A DNA stretch of 64,000 bases, from positions 29,388,001-29,452,000 of the forward strand of contig OZ024752.1 of the NCBI GenBank assembly GCA_964016885.1, given 5' to 3'. The notes under the pieces were generated by a model. It was given only the letters and a program-made list of their open reading frames with translations. It had not been told where the DNA came from and searched no databases. Positions 43,101-58,400 of the stretch are shown piece after piece. Each line of letters opens with the position of its first letter. The first letter of the stretch is position 1. The stretch comes from Eledone cirrhosa. Taxonomy: Eukaryota. A program made the position numbers and the translations under genes.

Positions 43101-45749
43101 TAGAGAGGTAGAGTTTATCATGTCACCAACACTAGACAGGTAGAGTTTATCATGTCACCAGCACTAGAGAGGTAGAGTTTATCATGTCACCAGCACTAGA
43201 GAGATAGAGTTTATCATGTCACCAGCACTAGAGAGGTAGTGTTTATCATGTCACCAGTACTACAGTAGGTAGTGTTTATCATGACACCAGCACTACAGTA
43301 GGTAGTTTATCATGTCACCAGCACTAGAGAGGTAGAGCTTATCATGTCACCAGCATGAGAGAGGTAGAGTTTATCATGTCACCAGCACTACAGTAGGTAG
43401 AGTTTATCATGTCACCAGCACTAACGAGGTAGAGTTTATCATGTCACCAGCACTAGAGAGGTAGAGTTTATCATGTCACCAATACTAGAGAGGTAAAGTT
43501 TATCACGACACCAGCACTACAGTAGGTAGTGTTTATCATGTCACCAGCACTAGAGAGGTAGAGTTTATCATGTCACCATCACTAGAGAGGTAGAGTTTAT
43601 CATGTCACCACCACTAGAGAGGTAGTGTTTATCATGTCACCAGTACTACAGTAGGTAGTGTTTATCATGACACCAGCACTACAGTAGGTAGTTTATCATG
43701 TCACCAGCACTAGAGAGGTAGAGCTTATCATGTCACCAGCATGAGAGAGGTAGAGTTTATCATGTCACCAGCACTACAGTAGGTAGAGTTTATCATGTCA
43801 CCAGCACTAGAGAGGTAGAGTTTATCATGTCACCAGCACTAGAGAGGTAGAGTTTATCATGTCACCAGCACTACAGTAGGTAGTGTTTATCATGTCACCA
43901 ATACTAGAGAGGTAAAGTTTATCATGTCACCAGTACTAGAGAGGTAGAGTTTATCATGTCACCAGCACTACAGTAGGTAGTGTTTATCATGTCACCAGCA
44001 CTAGAGAGGTAGTGTTTATCATGTCACCAGCACTACAGTAGGTAGTGTTTATCATGACACCAGCACTAGAGAGGTAGAGTTTATCATGTCACCAGCACTA
44101 GAGAGGTAGAGTTTATCATGTCACCAGCACTACAGTAGGTAGTGTTTATCATGTCACCAGCACTACAGTAGGTAGTGTTTATCATGTCACCAGCACTAGA
44201 GAGGTAGAGTTTATCATGTCACCAGCACTAGAGAGGTAGAGTTTATCATGTCACCAGCACTAGAAAGCTAGAATTTATCATGTCACCAGCACTAGAGAGG
44301 TAGTGTTTATCATGACACCAGCACTACAGTAGGTAGTGTTTATCATGACACCAGCACTACAGTAGGTAGTTTATCATGTCACCAGCACTAGAGAGGTAGA
44401 GCTTATCATGTCACCAGCATGAGAGAGGTAGAGTTTATCATGTCACCAGCACTACAGTAGGTAGAGTTTATCATGACACCAGCACTAGAGAGGTCGAGTG
44501 TATCATGTCACCAACACTACAGTAGGTAGTTTATCATGTCACCAATACTAGAGAGGTAAAGTTTATCACGACACCAGCACTACAGTAGGTAGTGTTTATC
44601 ATGTCACCAGCACTAGAGAGGTAGAGTTTATCATGTCACCACCACTAGAGAGGTAGTGTTTATCATGTCACCAGCACTACAGTAGGTAGTGTTTATCATG
44701 ACACCAGCACTAGAGAGGTAGAGTTTATCATGTCACCAGCACTAGAGAGGTAGAGTTTATCATGTCACCAGCAGTAGAAAGGTAGTGTTTATCATGACAC
44801 CAGCACTACAGTAGGTAGTGTTTATCATGTCACCAGCACTACAGTAGGTAGTGTTTATCATGTCACCAGCACTAGAGAGGTAGAGTTTATCATGTCACCA
44901 GCACTAGAGAGGTAGAGTTTATCATGTCACCAGCAGTAGAAAGGTAGTGTTTATCATGACACCAGCACTACAGTAGGTAGTGTTTATCATGTCACCAGCA
45001 CTACAGTAGGTAGAGTTTATCATGACACCAGCAGTACAGTAGGTAGAGTTTATCATGTCACCAGCAGTACAGTAGGTAGAGTTTATCATGTCACCAGCGC
45101 TAGAGAGGTAGAGTTTATCATGTCACCAACACTAGAAAGGTAGAATTTATCATGTCACCAGCACTAGAGAGGTAGTGTTTATCATGACACCAGCACTACA
45201 GTAGGTAGTGTTTATCATGACACCAGCACTACAGTAGGTAGTTTATCATGTCACCAGCACTAGAGAGGTAGAGCTTATCATGTCACCAGCATGAGAGAGG
45301 TAGAGTTTATCATGTCACCAGCACTACAGTAGGTAGAGTTTATCATGACACCAGCACTAGAGAGGTCGAGTGTATCATGTCACCAACACTACAGTAGGTA
45401 GTTTATCATGTCACCAGCACTAGAGGTAGAGTTTATCATGTCACCAGCACTAGAGAGGTAGAGTTTATCATGTCACCAGCACTAGAAAGGTAGAGTTTAT
45501 CATGTCACCAGCACTAGAGAGGTAGAGTTTATCATGTCACCAGCACTAGACAGGTAGAGTTTATCATGTCACCAGCACTAGACAGGTAGAGTTTATCATG
45601 TCACCAGCACTAGAGAGGTACAGTTTATCATGTCACCAGCACTAGAGAGGTAGAGTTTATCATGTCACCAATACTAGAGAGGTAAAGTTTATCATGACAC
45701 CAGCAATACAGTAGGTAGAGTTTATCATGTCACCAGCACTAACGAGGTA

Positions 45750-48700
45750 GAGTTTATCATGTCACCAGCACTAGAGAGGTAGAGTTTATCATGTCACCAA
45801 TACTAGAGAGGTAAAGTTTATCACGACACCAGCACTACAGTAGGTAGTGTTTATCATGTCACCAGCACTAGAGAGGTAGAGTTTATCATGTCACCACCAC
45901 TAGAGAGGTAGTGTTTATCATGTCACCAGCACTACAGTAGGTAGTGTTTATCATGACACCAGCACTAGAGAGGTAGAGTTTATCATGTCACCAGCACTAG
46001 AGAGGTAGAGTTTATCATGTCACCAGCAGTAGAAAGGTAGTGTTTATCATGACACCAGCACTACAGTAGGTAGTGTTTATCATGTCACCAGCACTACAGT
46101 AGGTAGTGTTTATCATGTCACCAGCACTAGAGAGGTAGAGTTTATCATGTCACCAGCACTAGAGAGGTAGAGTTTATCATGTCACCAGCACTAGAAAGGT
46201 AGAGTTTATCATGACACCAGCACTAGAGAGGTAGAGTTTATCATGACACCAACAGTACAGTAGGTAGAGTTTATCATGACACCAGCAGTACAGTAGGTAG
46301 AGTTTATCATGTCACCAGCAGTACAGTAGGTAGAGTTTATCATGTCACCAGCACTAGAGAGGTAGAGTTTATCATGTCACCAACACTAGAAAGGTAGAGT
46401 TTATCATGACACCAGCACTAGAAAAGTAGAATTTATCATGTCACCAGTACTACAGTAGGTAGTGTTTATCATGACACCAGCACTACAGTAGGTAGTTTAT
46501 CATGTCACCAGCACTAGAGAGGTAGAGCTTATCATGTCACCAGCATGAGAGAGGTAGAGTTTATCATGTCACCAGCACTACAGTAGGTAGAGTTTATCAT
46601 GACACCAGCACTACAGTAGGTAGTTTATCATGTCACCAGCACTAGAGGTAGAGTTTATCATGTCACCAGCACTAGAGAGGTGGAGTTTATCATGTCACCA
46701 ACACTAGAGAGGTAGAGTTTATGATGTCACCAGCACTAGAAAGGTAGAGTTTATCATGACACCAGCACTAGAGAGGTAGAGTTTATCATGACACCAACAG
46801 TACAGTAGGTAGAGTTTATCATGACACCAGTAGTACAGTAGGTAGTGTTTATCATGTCACCAGCACTAGAGAGGTAGAGTTTATCATGACACCAGCACTA
46901 GAGAGGTAGAGTTTATCATGACACCAACAGTACAGTAGGTAGAGTTTATCATGACACCAGCACTAGAGAGGTAGAGTTTATCATGACACCAACAGTACAG
47001 TAGGTAGAGTTTATCATGACACCAGCACTAGAGAGGTAGAGTTTATCATGACACCAGCACTACAGTAGGTAGTGTTTATCATGTCACCAGCACTAGAGAG
47101 GTAGAGTTTATCATGTCACCAGCACTACAGTAGGTAGAGTTTATCATGTCACCAGCACTAGAGAGGTAGACTTTATCATGACACCAGCACTACAGTAGGT
47201 AGTGTTTATCATGACACCAGCACTAGAGAGGTAGAGTTTATCATGTCACCAGTACTACAGTAGGTAGTTTATCATGTCACCAGCACTAGAGAGGTAGAGT
47301 TTATCATGTCACCAGCACTACAGTAGGTAGTGTTTATCATGACACCAGCACTAGAGAGGTAGAGTTTATCATGTCACCAGCACTAGAGAGGTAGAGTTTA
47401 TCATGTCACCAGCACTACAGTAGGTAGAGTTTATCATGTCACCAGCACTAGAGAGGTAGACTTTATCATGACACCAGCACTACAGTAGGTAGTGTTTATC
47501 ATGACACCAGCACTAGAGAGGTAGAGTTTATCATGTCACCAGTACTACAGTAGGTAGTTTATCATGTCACCAGCACTAGAGGTAGAGTTTATCATGTCAC
47601 CAGCACTAGAGAGGTAGAGTTTATCATGTCACCAGCACTAGAAAGGTAGAGTTTATCATGTCACCAGCACTAGAGAGGTAGAGTTTATCATGTCACCAGC
47701 ACTAGACAGGTAGAGTTTATCATGTCACCAGCACTAGACAGGTAGAGTTTATCATGTCACCAGCACTAGAGAGGTACAGTTTATCATGTCACCAGCACTA
47801 GAGAGGTAGAGTTTATCATGTCACCAATACTAGAGAGGTAAAGTTTATCACGACACCAGCACTACAGTAGGTAGTGTTTATCATGTCACCAGCACTAGAG
47901 AGGTAGAGTTTATCATGTCACCACCACTAGAGAGGTAGTGTTTATCATGTCACCAGCACTACAGTAGGTAGTGTTTATCATGACACCAGCACTAGAGAGG
48001 TAGAGTTTATCATGTCACCAGCACTAGAGAGGTAGAGTTTATCATGTCACCAGCAGTAGAAAGGTAGTGTTTATCATGACACCAGCACTACAGTAGGTAG
48101 TGTTTATCATGTCACCAGCACTACAGTAGGTAGTGTTTATCATGTCACCAGCACTAGAGAGGTAGAGTTTATCATGTCACCAGCACTAGAGAGGTAGAGT
48201 TTATCATGTCACCAGCACTAGAAAGGTAGAGTTTATCATGACACCAGCACTAGAGAGGTAGAGTTTATCATGACACCAACAGTACAGTAGGTAGAGTTTA
48301 TCATGACACCAGCAGTACAGTAGGTAGAGTTTATCATGTCACCAGCAGTACAGTAGGTAGAGTTTATCATGTCACCAGCACTAGAGAGGTAGAGTTTATC
48401 ATGTCACCAACACTAGAAAGGTAGAATTTATCATGTCACCAGCACTAGAGAGGTAGTGTTTATCATGACACCAGCACTACAGTAGGTAGTGTTTATCATG
48501 ACACCAGCACTACAGTAGGTAGTTTATCATGTCACCAGCACTAGAGAGGTAGAGCTTATCATGTCACCAGCATGAGAGAGGTAGAGTTTATCATGTCACC
48601 AGCACTACAGTAGGTAGAGTTTATCATGACACCAGCACTAGAGAGGTCGAGTGTATCATGTCACCAACACTACAGTAGGTAGTTTATCATGTCACCAGCA

Positions 48701-51700
48701 CTAGAGGTAGAGTTTATCATGTCACCAGCACTAGAGAGGTAGAGTTTATCATGTCACCAGCACTAGAAAGGTAGAGTTTATCATGTCACCAGCACTAGAG
48801 AGGTAGAGTTTATCATGTCACCAGCACTAGACAGGTAGAGTTTATCATGTCACCAGCACTAGACAGGTAGAGTTTATCATGTCACCAGCACTAGAGAGGT
48901 AGAGTTTATCATGTCACCAGCACTAGAGAGGTAGAGTTTATCATGTCACCAATACTAGAGAGGTAAAGTTTATCATGACACCAGCAATACAGTAGGTAGA
49001 GTTTATCATGTCACCAGCACTAACGAGGTAGAGTTTATCATGTCACCAGCACTAGAGAGGTAGATTTTATCATGTCACCAATACTAGAGAGGTAAAGTTT
49101 ATCACGACACCAGCACTACAGTAGGTAGTGTTTATCATGTCACCAGCACTAGAGAGGTAGAGTTTATCATGTCACCACCACTAGAGAGGTAGTGTTTATC
49201 ATGTCACCAGCACTACAGTAGGTAGTGTTTATCATGACACCAGCACTAGAGAGGTAGAGTTTATCATGTCACCAGCACTAGAGAGGTAGAGTTTATCATG
49301 TCACCAGCAGTAGAAAGGTAGTGTTTATCATGACACCAGCACTACAGTAGGTAGTGTTTATCATGTCACCAGCACTACAGTAGGTAGTGTTTATCATGTC
49401 ACCAGCACTAGAGAGGTAGAGTTTATCATGTCACCAGCACTAGAGAGGTAGAGTTTATCATGTCACCAGCACTAGAAAGGTAGAGTTTATCATGACACCA
49501 GCACTAGAGAGGTAGAGTTTATCATGACACCAACAGTACAGTAGGTAGAGTTTATCATGACACCAGCAGTACAGTAGGTAGAGTTTATCATGTCACCAGC
49601 AGTACAGTAGGTAGAGTTTATCATGTCACCAGCACTAGAGAGGTAGAGTTTATCATGTCACCAACACTAGAAAGGTAGAGTTTATCATGACACCAGCACT
49701 AGAAAAGTAGAATTTATCATGTCACCAGTACTACAGTAGGTAGTGTTTATCATGACACCAGCACTACAGTAGGTAGTTTATCATGTCACCAGCACTAGAG
49801 AGGTAGAGCTTATCATGTCACCAGCATGAGAGAGGTAGAGTTTATCATGTCACCAGCACTACAGTAGGTAGAGTTTATCATGACACCAGCACTACAGTAG
49901 GTAGTTTATCATGTCACCAGCACTAGAGGTAGAGTTTATCATGTCACCAGCACTAGAGAGGTAGAGTTTATCATGTCACCAACACTAGAGAGGTAGAGTT
50001 TATGATGTCACCAGCACTAGAAAGGTAGAGTTTATCATGACACCAGCACTAGAGAGGTAGAGTTTATCATGACACCAACAGTACAGTAGGTAGAGTTTAT
50101 CATGACACCAGTAGTACAGTAGGTAGTGTTTATCATGTCACCAGCACTAGAGAGGTAGAGTTTATCATGACACCAGCAGTAGAGAGGTAGAGTTTATCAT
50201 GACACCAACAGTACAGTAGGTAGAGTTTATCATGACACCAGCACTAGAGAGGTAGAGTTTATCATGACACCAACAGTACAGTAGGTAGAGTTTATCATGA
50301 CACCAGCACTAGAGAGGTAGAGTTTATCATGACACCAGCACTACAGTAGGTAGTGTTTATCATGTCACCAGCACTAGAGAGGTAGAGTTTATCATGTCAC
50401 CAGCACTACAGTAGGTAGAGTTTATCATGTCACCAGCACTAGAGAGGTAGACTTTATCATGACACCAGCACTACAGTAGGTAGTGTTTATCATGACACCA
50501 GCACTAGAGAGGTAGAGTTTATCATGTCACCAGTACTACAGTAGGTAGTTTATCATGTCACCAGCACTAGAGAGGTAGAGTTTATCATGTCACCAGCACT
50601 ACAGTAGGTAGTGTTTATCATGACACCAGCACTAGAGAGGTAGAGTTTATCATGTCACCAGCACTAGAGAGGTAGAGTTTATCATGTCACCAGTACTACA
50701 GTAGGTAGAGTTTATCATGTCACCAGCACTAGAGAGGTAGAGTTTATCATGTCACCAATACTAGAGAGGTAAAGTTTATCACGACACCAGCACTACAGTA
50801 GGTAGTGTTTATCATGTCACCAGCACTAGAGAGGTAGAGTTTATCATGTCACCACCACTAGAGAGGTAGTGTTTATCATGTCACCAGCACTACAGTAGGT
50901 AGTGTTTATCATGACACCAGCACTAGAGAGGTAGAGTTTATCATGTCACCAGCACTAGAGAGGTAGAGTTTATCATGTCACCAGCAGTAGAAAGGTAGTG
51001 TTTATCATGACACCAGCACTACAGTAGGTAGTGTTTATCATGTCACCAGCACTACAGTAGGTAGTGTTTATCATGTCACCAGCACTAGAGAGGTAGAGTT
51101 TATCATGTCACCAGCACTAGAGAGGTAGAGTTTATCATGTCACCAGCACTAGAAAGGTAGAGTTTATCATGACACCAGCACTAGAGAGGTAGAGTTTATC
51201 ATGACACCAACAGTACAGTAGGTAGAGTTTATCATGACACCAGCAGTACAGTAGGTAGAGTTTATCATGTCACCAGCAGTACAGTAGGTAGAGTTTATCA
51301 TGTCACCAGCACTAGAGAGGTAGAGTTTATCATGTCACCAACACTAGAAAGGTAGAGTTTATCATGACACCAGCACTAGAAAAGTAGAATTTATCATGTC
51401 ACCAGTACTACAGTAGGTAGTGTTTATCATGACACCAGCACTACAGTAGGTAGTTTATCATGTCACCAGCACTAGAGAGGTAGAGCTTATCATGTCACCA
51501 GCATGAGAGAGGTAGAGTTTATCATGTCACCAGCACTACAGTAGGTAGAGTTTATCATGACACCAGCACTACAGTAGGTAGTTTATCATGTCACCAGCAC
51601 TAGAGGTAGAGTTTATCATGTCACCAGCACTAGAGAGGTAGAGTTTATCATGTCACCAACACTAGAGAGGTAGAGTTTATGATGTCACCAGCACTAGAAA

Positions 51701-54700
51701 GGTAGAGTTTATCATGACACCAGCACTAGAGAGGTAGAGTTTATCATGACACCAACAGTACAGTAGGTAGAGTTTATCATGACACCAGTAGTACAGTAGG
51801 TAGTGTTTATCATGTCACCAGCACTAGAGAGGTAGAGTTTATCATGACACCAGCACTAGAGAGGTAGAGTTTATCATGACACCAACAGTACAGTAGGTAG
51901 AGTTTATCATGACACCAGCACTAGAGAGGTAGAGTTTATCATGACACCAACAGTACAGTAGGTAGAGTTTATCATGACACCAGCACTAGAGAGGTAGAGT
52001 TTATCATGACACCAGCACTACAGTAGGTAGTGTTTATCATGTCACCAGCACTAGAGAGGTAGAGTTTATCATGTCACCAGCACTACAGTAGGTAGAGTTT
52101 ATCATGTCACCAGCACTAGAGAGGTAGACTTTATCATGACACCAGCACTACAGTAGGTAGTGTTTATCATGACACCAGCACTAGAGAGGTAGAGTTTATC
52201 ATGTCACCAGTACTACAGTAGGTAGTTTATCATGTCACCAGCACTAGAGAGGTAGAGTTTATCATGTCACCAGCACTACAGTAGGTAGTGTTTATCATGA
52301 CACCAGCACTAGAGAGGTAGAGTTTATCATGTCACCAGCACTAGAGAGGTAGAGTTTATCATGTCACCAGTACTACAGTAGGTAGAGTTTATCATGTCAC
52401 CAGCACTACAGTAGGTAGAGTTTATCATGTCACCAGTACTACAGTAGGTAGTGTTTATCATGTCACCAGCACTACAGTAGGTAGTGTTTATCATGTCACC
52501 AGCACTAGAGAGGTAGATTTTATCATGTCACCAGCACTACAGTAGGTAGTGTTTATCATGACACCAGCACTACAGTAGGTAGAGTTTATCATGTCACCAA
52601 TACTACAGTAGGTAGTGTTTATCATGTCAACAGCACTAGAGAGGTAGATTTTATCATGTCACCAGCACTAGAGAGGTAGTGCTTATCATGTCACCAGCAC
52701 TACAGTAGGTAGTGTTTATCATGACACCAGCACTAGAGAGGTAGATTTTATCATGTCACCAGCACTAGAAAGGTAGTGCTTATCATGTCACCAGCACTAC
52801 AGTAGGTAGTGTTTATCATGACACCAGCACTAGAGAGGTAGTGTTTATCATGTCACCAGCACTAGAGAGGTAGAGTTTATCATGTCACCAGCACTACAGT
52901 AGGTAGAGTGTATCATGTCACCAGCACTAGAGAGGTAGAGTTTATCATGACACCAGCACTAGAGAGGTAGAGTTTATCATGTCACCAGCACTAGAGAGGT
53001 AGAGTTTATAATGTCACCAGCACTAGAAAGGTAGAGTTTATCATGACACCAGCACTAGAGAGGTAGAGTTTATCATGACACCAACAGTACAGTAGGTAGA
53101 GTTTATCATGACACCAGCAGTACAGTAGGTAGAGTTTATCATGTCACCAGCACTAGAGAGGTAGAATTTATCATGTCACCAGTACTACAGTAGGTAGTGT
53201 TTATCATGACACCAGCACTACAGTAGGTAGTTTATCATGTCACCAGCACTAGAGAGGTAGAGCTTATTATGTCACCAGCATGAGAGAGGTAGAGTTTATC
53301 ATGTCACCAGCACTACAGTAGGTAGAGTTTATCATGACACCAGCACTAGAGAGGTCGAGTGTATCATGTCACCAACACTACAGTAGGTAGTTTATCATGT
53401 CACCAGCACTAGAGGTAGAGTTTATCATGTCACCAGCACTAGAGAGGTAGAGTTTATCATGTCACCAGCACTAGAAAGGTAGAGTTTATCATGTCACCAG
53501 CACTAGAGAGGTAGAGTTTATCATGTCACCAGCACTAGACAGATAGAGTTTATCATGTCACCAGCACTAGACAGGTAGAGTTTATCATGTCACCAGCACT
53601 AGAGAGGTACAGTTTATCATGTCACCAGCACTAGAGAGGTAGAGTTTATCATGTCACCAATACTAGAGAGGTAAAGTTTATCATGACACCAGCAATACAG
53701 TAGGTAGAGTTTATCATGTCACCAGCACTAACGAGGTAGAGTTTATCATGTCACCAGCACTAGAGAGGTAGAGTTTATCATGTCACCAATACTAGAGAGG
53801 TAAAGTTTATCACGACACCAGCACTACAGTAGGTAGTGTTTATCATGTCACCAGCACTAGAGAGGTAGAGTTTATCATGTCACCACCACTAGAGAGGTAG
53901 TGTTTATCATGTCACCAGCACTACAGTAGGTAGTGTTTATCATGACACCAGCACTAGAGAGGTAGAGTTTATCATGTCACCAGCACTAGAGAGGTAGAGT
54001 TTATCATGTCACCAGCAGTAGAAAGGTAGTGTTTATCATGACACCAGCACTACAGTAGGTAGTGTTTATCATGTCACCAGCACTACAGTAGGTAGTGTTT
54101 ATCATGTCACCAGCACTAGAGAGGTAGAGTTTATCATGTCACCAGCACTAGAAAGGTAGAGTTTATCATGACACCAGCACTAGAGAGGTAGAGTTTATCA
54201 TGACACCAACAGTACAGTAGGTAGAGTTTATCATGACACCAGCAGTACAGTAGGTAGAGTTTATCATGTCACCAGCAGTACAGTAGGTAGAGTTTATCAT
54301 GTCACCAGCACTAGAGAGGTAGAGTTTATCATGTCACCAACACTAGAAAGGTAGAGTTTATCATGACACCAGCACTAGAAAAGTAGAATTTATCATGTCA
54401 CCAGTACTACAGTAGGTAGTGTTTATCATGACACCAGCACTACAGTAGGTAGTTTATCATGTCACCAGCACTAGAGAGGTAGAGCTTATCATGTCACCAG
54501 CATGAGAGAGGTAGAGTTTATCATGTCACCAGCACTACAGTAGGTAGAGTTTATCATGACACCAGCACTACAGTAGGTAGTTTATCATGTCACCAGCACT
54601 AGAGGTAGAGTTTATCATGTCACCAGCACTAGAGAGGTAGAGTTTATCATGTCACCAGCACTAGAGAGGTAGAGTTTATGATGTCACCAGCACTAGAAAG

Positions 54701-55400
54701 GTAGAGTTTATCATGACACCAGCACTAGAGAGGTAGAGTTTATCATGACACCAACAGTACAGTAGGTAGAGTTTATCATGACACCAGTAGTACAGTAGGT
54801 AGTGTTTATCATGTCACCAGCACTAGAGAGGTAGAGTTTATCATGACACCAGCACTAGAGAGGTAGAGTTTATCATGACACCAACAGTACAGTAGGTAGA
54901 GTTTATCATGACACCAGCACTAGAGAGGTAGAGTTTATCATGACACCAACAGTACAGTAGGTAGAGTTTATCATGACACCAGCACTAGAGAGGTAGAGTT
55001 TATCATGACACCAGCACTACAGTAGGTAGTGTTTATCATGTCACCAGCACTAGAGAGGTAGAGTTTATCATGTCACCAGCACTACAGTAGGTAGAGTTTA
55101 TCATGTCACCAGCACTAGAGAGGTAGACTTTATCATGACACCAGCACTACAGTAGGTAGTGTTTATCATGACACCAGCACTAGAGAGGTAGAGTTTATCA
55201 TGTCACCAGTACTACAGTAGGTAGTTTATCATGTCACCAGCACTAGAGAGGTAGAGTTTATCATGTCACCAGCACTACAGTAGGTAGTGTTTATCATGAC
55301 ACCAGCACTAGAGAGGTAGAGTTTATCATGTCACCAGCACTAGAGAGGTAGAGTTTATCATGTCACCAGTACTACAGTAGGTAGAGTTTATCATGTCACC
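45750..55400. repeat. Four copies of a ~1.3-1.7 kb satellite block at uneven spacing (3281, 1677 and 2999 bp)
   Basis: gaaaagtagaa occurs at 46426, 49707, 51384 and 54383. ccagtagtacag occurs at 46831, 50112, 51789 and 54788, with the same offsets. Boundaries are approximate. Confidence 0.85.
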
Positions 55401-58400
55401 AGCACTACAGTAGGTAGTGTTTATCATGTCACCAGCACTACAGTAGGTAGTGTTTATCATGTCACCAGCACTAGAGAGGTAGATTTTATCATGTCACCAG
55501 CACTACAGTAGGTAGTGTTTATCATGACACCAGCACTACAGTAGGTAGAGTTTATCATGTCACCAGCACTACAGTAGGTAGTGTTTATCATGACACCAGC
55601 ACTAGAGAGGTAGATTTTATCATGTCACCAGCACTAGAAAGGTAGTGCTTATCATGTCACCAGCACTACAGTAGGTAGTGTTTATCATGACACCAGCACT
55701 AGAGAGGTAGTGTTTATGATGTCACCAGCACTAGAGAGGTAGAGTTTATCAAGTCACCAGCACTACAGTAGGTAGAGTGTATCATGTCACCAGCACTAGA
55801 GAGGTAGAGTTTATCATGACACCAGCACTAGAGAGGTAGAGTTTATCATGTCACCAGCACTAGAGAGGTAGAGTTTATAATGTCACCAGCACTACAGTAG
55901 GTAGAGTTTATCATGTCACCAGCACTAGAAAGGTAGAGTTTATCATGACACCAGCACTAGAGAGGTAGAGTTTATCATGACACCAACAGTACAGTAGGTA
56001 GAGTTTATCATGACACCAGCAGTACAGTAGGTAGAGTTTATCATGTCACCAGCACTAGAGAGGTAGAATTTATCATGTCACCAGTACTACAGTAGGTAGT
56101 GTTTATCATGACACCAGCACTACAGTAGGTAGTTTATCATGTCACCAGCACTAGAGAGGTAGAGCTTATTATGTCACCAGCATGAGAGAGGTAGAGTTTA
56201 TCATGTCACCAGCACTACAGTAGGTAGAGTTTATCATGACACCAGCACTAGAGAGGTCGAGTGTATCATGTCACCAGCACTAGAGGTAGAGTTTATCATG
56301 TCACCAGCACTAGAGAGGTAGAGTTTATCATGTCACCAGCACTACAGTAGGTAGAGTTTATCATGACACCACCACTAGAGAGGTAGAGTGTATCATGTCA
56401 CCAGCACTAGAGAGGTAGAGTTTATCATGACACCAGCACTAGAGAGGTAGAGTTTATCATGTCACCAGCACTAGAGAGGTAGAGTTCATCATGTCACCAG
56501 CACTAGAGAGGTAGAGTTTATCATGTCACCAGCACTAGACAGGTAGAGTTTATCATGTCACCAGCACTAGAGAGGTAGAGTTTATCATGTCACCAGCACT
56601 ACAGTAGGTAGAATTTATCATGTCACCAGCACTAGAGAGGTAGAGTTTATCATGTCACCAGCAGTACAGTAGGTAGTTTATAATGTCACCAGCACTAGAG
56701 AGGTAGAGCTTATCATGACACCAGCACTAGAGAGGTAGAGTTTATCATGACACCAACAGTACAGTAGGTAGAGTTTATCATGACACCAGCACTAGAGAGG
56801 TAGAGTTTATCATGACACCAGCACTACAGTAGGTAGTGTTTATCATGTCACCAGCACTAGAGAGGTAGAGTTTATCATGTCACCAGCACTACAGTAGGTA
56901 GAGTTTATCATGTCACCAGCACTAGAGAGGTAGAGTTTATCATGACACCAGCACTACAGTAGGTAGTGTTTATCATGACACCAGCACTAGAGAGGTAGAG
57001 TTTATCATGTCACCAGTACTACAGTAGGTAGTTTATCATGTCACCAGCACTAGAGAGGTAGAGTTTATCATGTCACCAGCACTACAGTAGGTAGTGTTTA
57101 TCATGACACCAGCACTAGAGAGGTAGAGTTTATCATGTCACCAGCACTAGAGAGGTAGAGTTTATCATGTCACCAGTACTACAGTAGGTAGAGTTTATCA
57201 TGTCACCAGCACTACAGTAGGTAGAGTTTATCATGTCACCAGTACTACAGTAGGTAGTGTTTATCATGTCACCAGCACTACAGTAGGTAGTGTTTATCAT
57301 GACACCAGCACTAGAGAGGTAGAGTTTATCATGTCACCAGTACTACAGTAGGTAGTTTATCATGTCACCAGCACTAGAGAGGTAGAGTTTATCATGTCAC
57401 CAGCACTACAGTAGGTAGTGTTTATCATGACACCAGCACTAGAGAGGTAGAGTTTATCATGTCACCAGCACTAGAGAGGTAGATTTTATCATGTCACCAG
57501 CACTACAGTAGGTAGTGTTTATCATGACACCAGCACTACAGTAGGTAGAGTTTATCATGTCACCAGTACTACAGTAGGTAGTGTTTATCATGTCACCAGC
57601 ACTACTGTAAGTAGTGTTTATCATGACACCAGCACTAGAGAGGTAGAGTTTATCATGTCACCAGTACTACAGTAGGTAGATTTTATCATGTCACCAGCAC
57701 TAGAGAGGTAGTGCTTATCATGTCACCAGCACTACAGTAGGTAGTGTTTATCATGACACCAGCACTAGAGAGGTAGATTTTATCATGTCACCAGCACTAG
57801 AAAGGTAGTGCTTATCATGTCACCAGCACTACAGTAGGTAGTGTTTATCATGACACCAGCACTAGAGAGGTAGTGTTTATCATGTCACCAGCACTAGAGA
57901 GGTAGAGTTTATCATGTCACCAGCACTACAGTAGGTAGAGTGTATCATGTCACCAGCACTAGAGAGGTAGAGTTTATCATGACACCAGCACTAGAGAGGT
58001 AGAGTTTATCATGTCACCAGCACTAGAGAGGTAGAGTTTATAATGTCACCAGCACTAGAAAGGTAGAGTTTATCATGACACCAGCACTAGAGAGGTAGAG
58101 TTTATCATGACACCAACAGTACAGTAGGTAGAGTTTATCATGACACCAGCAGTACAGTAGGTAGAGTTTATCATGTCACCAGCACTAGAGAGGTAGAATT
58201 TATCATGTCACCAGCACTACAGTAGGTAGTGTTTATCATGACACCAGCACTACAGTAGGTAGTTTATCATGTCACCAGCACTAGAGAGGTAGAGCTTATT
58301 ATGTCACCAGCATGAGAGAGGTAGAGTTTATCATGTCACCAGCACTACAGTAGGTAGAGTTTATCATGACACCAGCACTAGAGAGGTCGAGTGTATCATG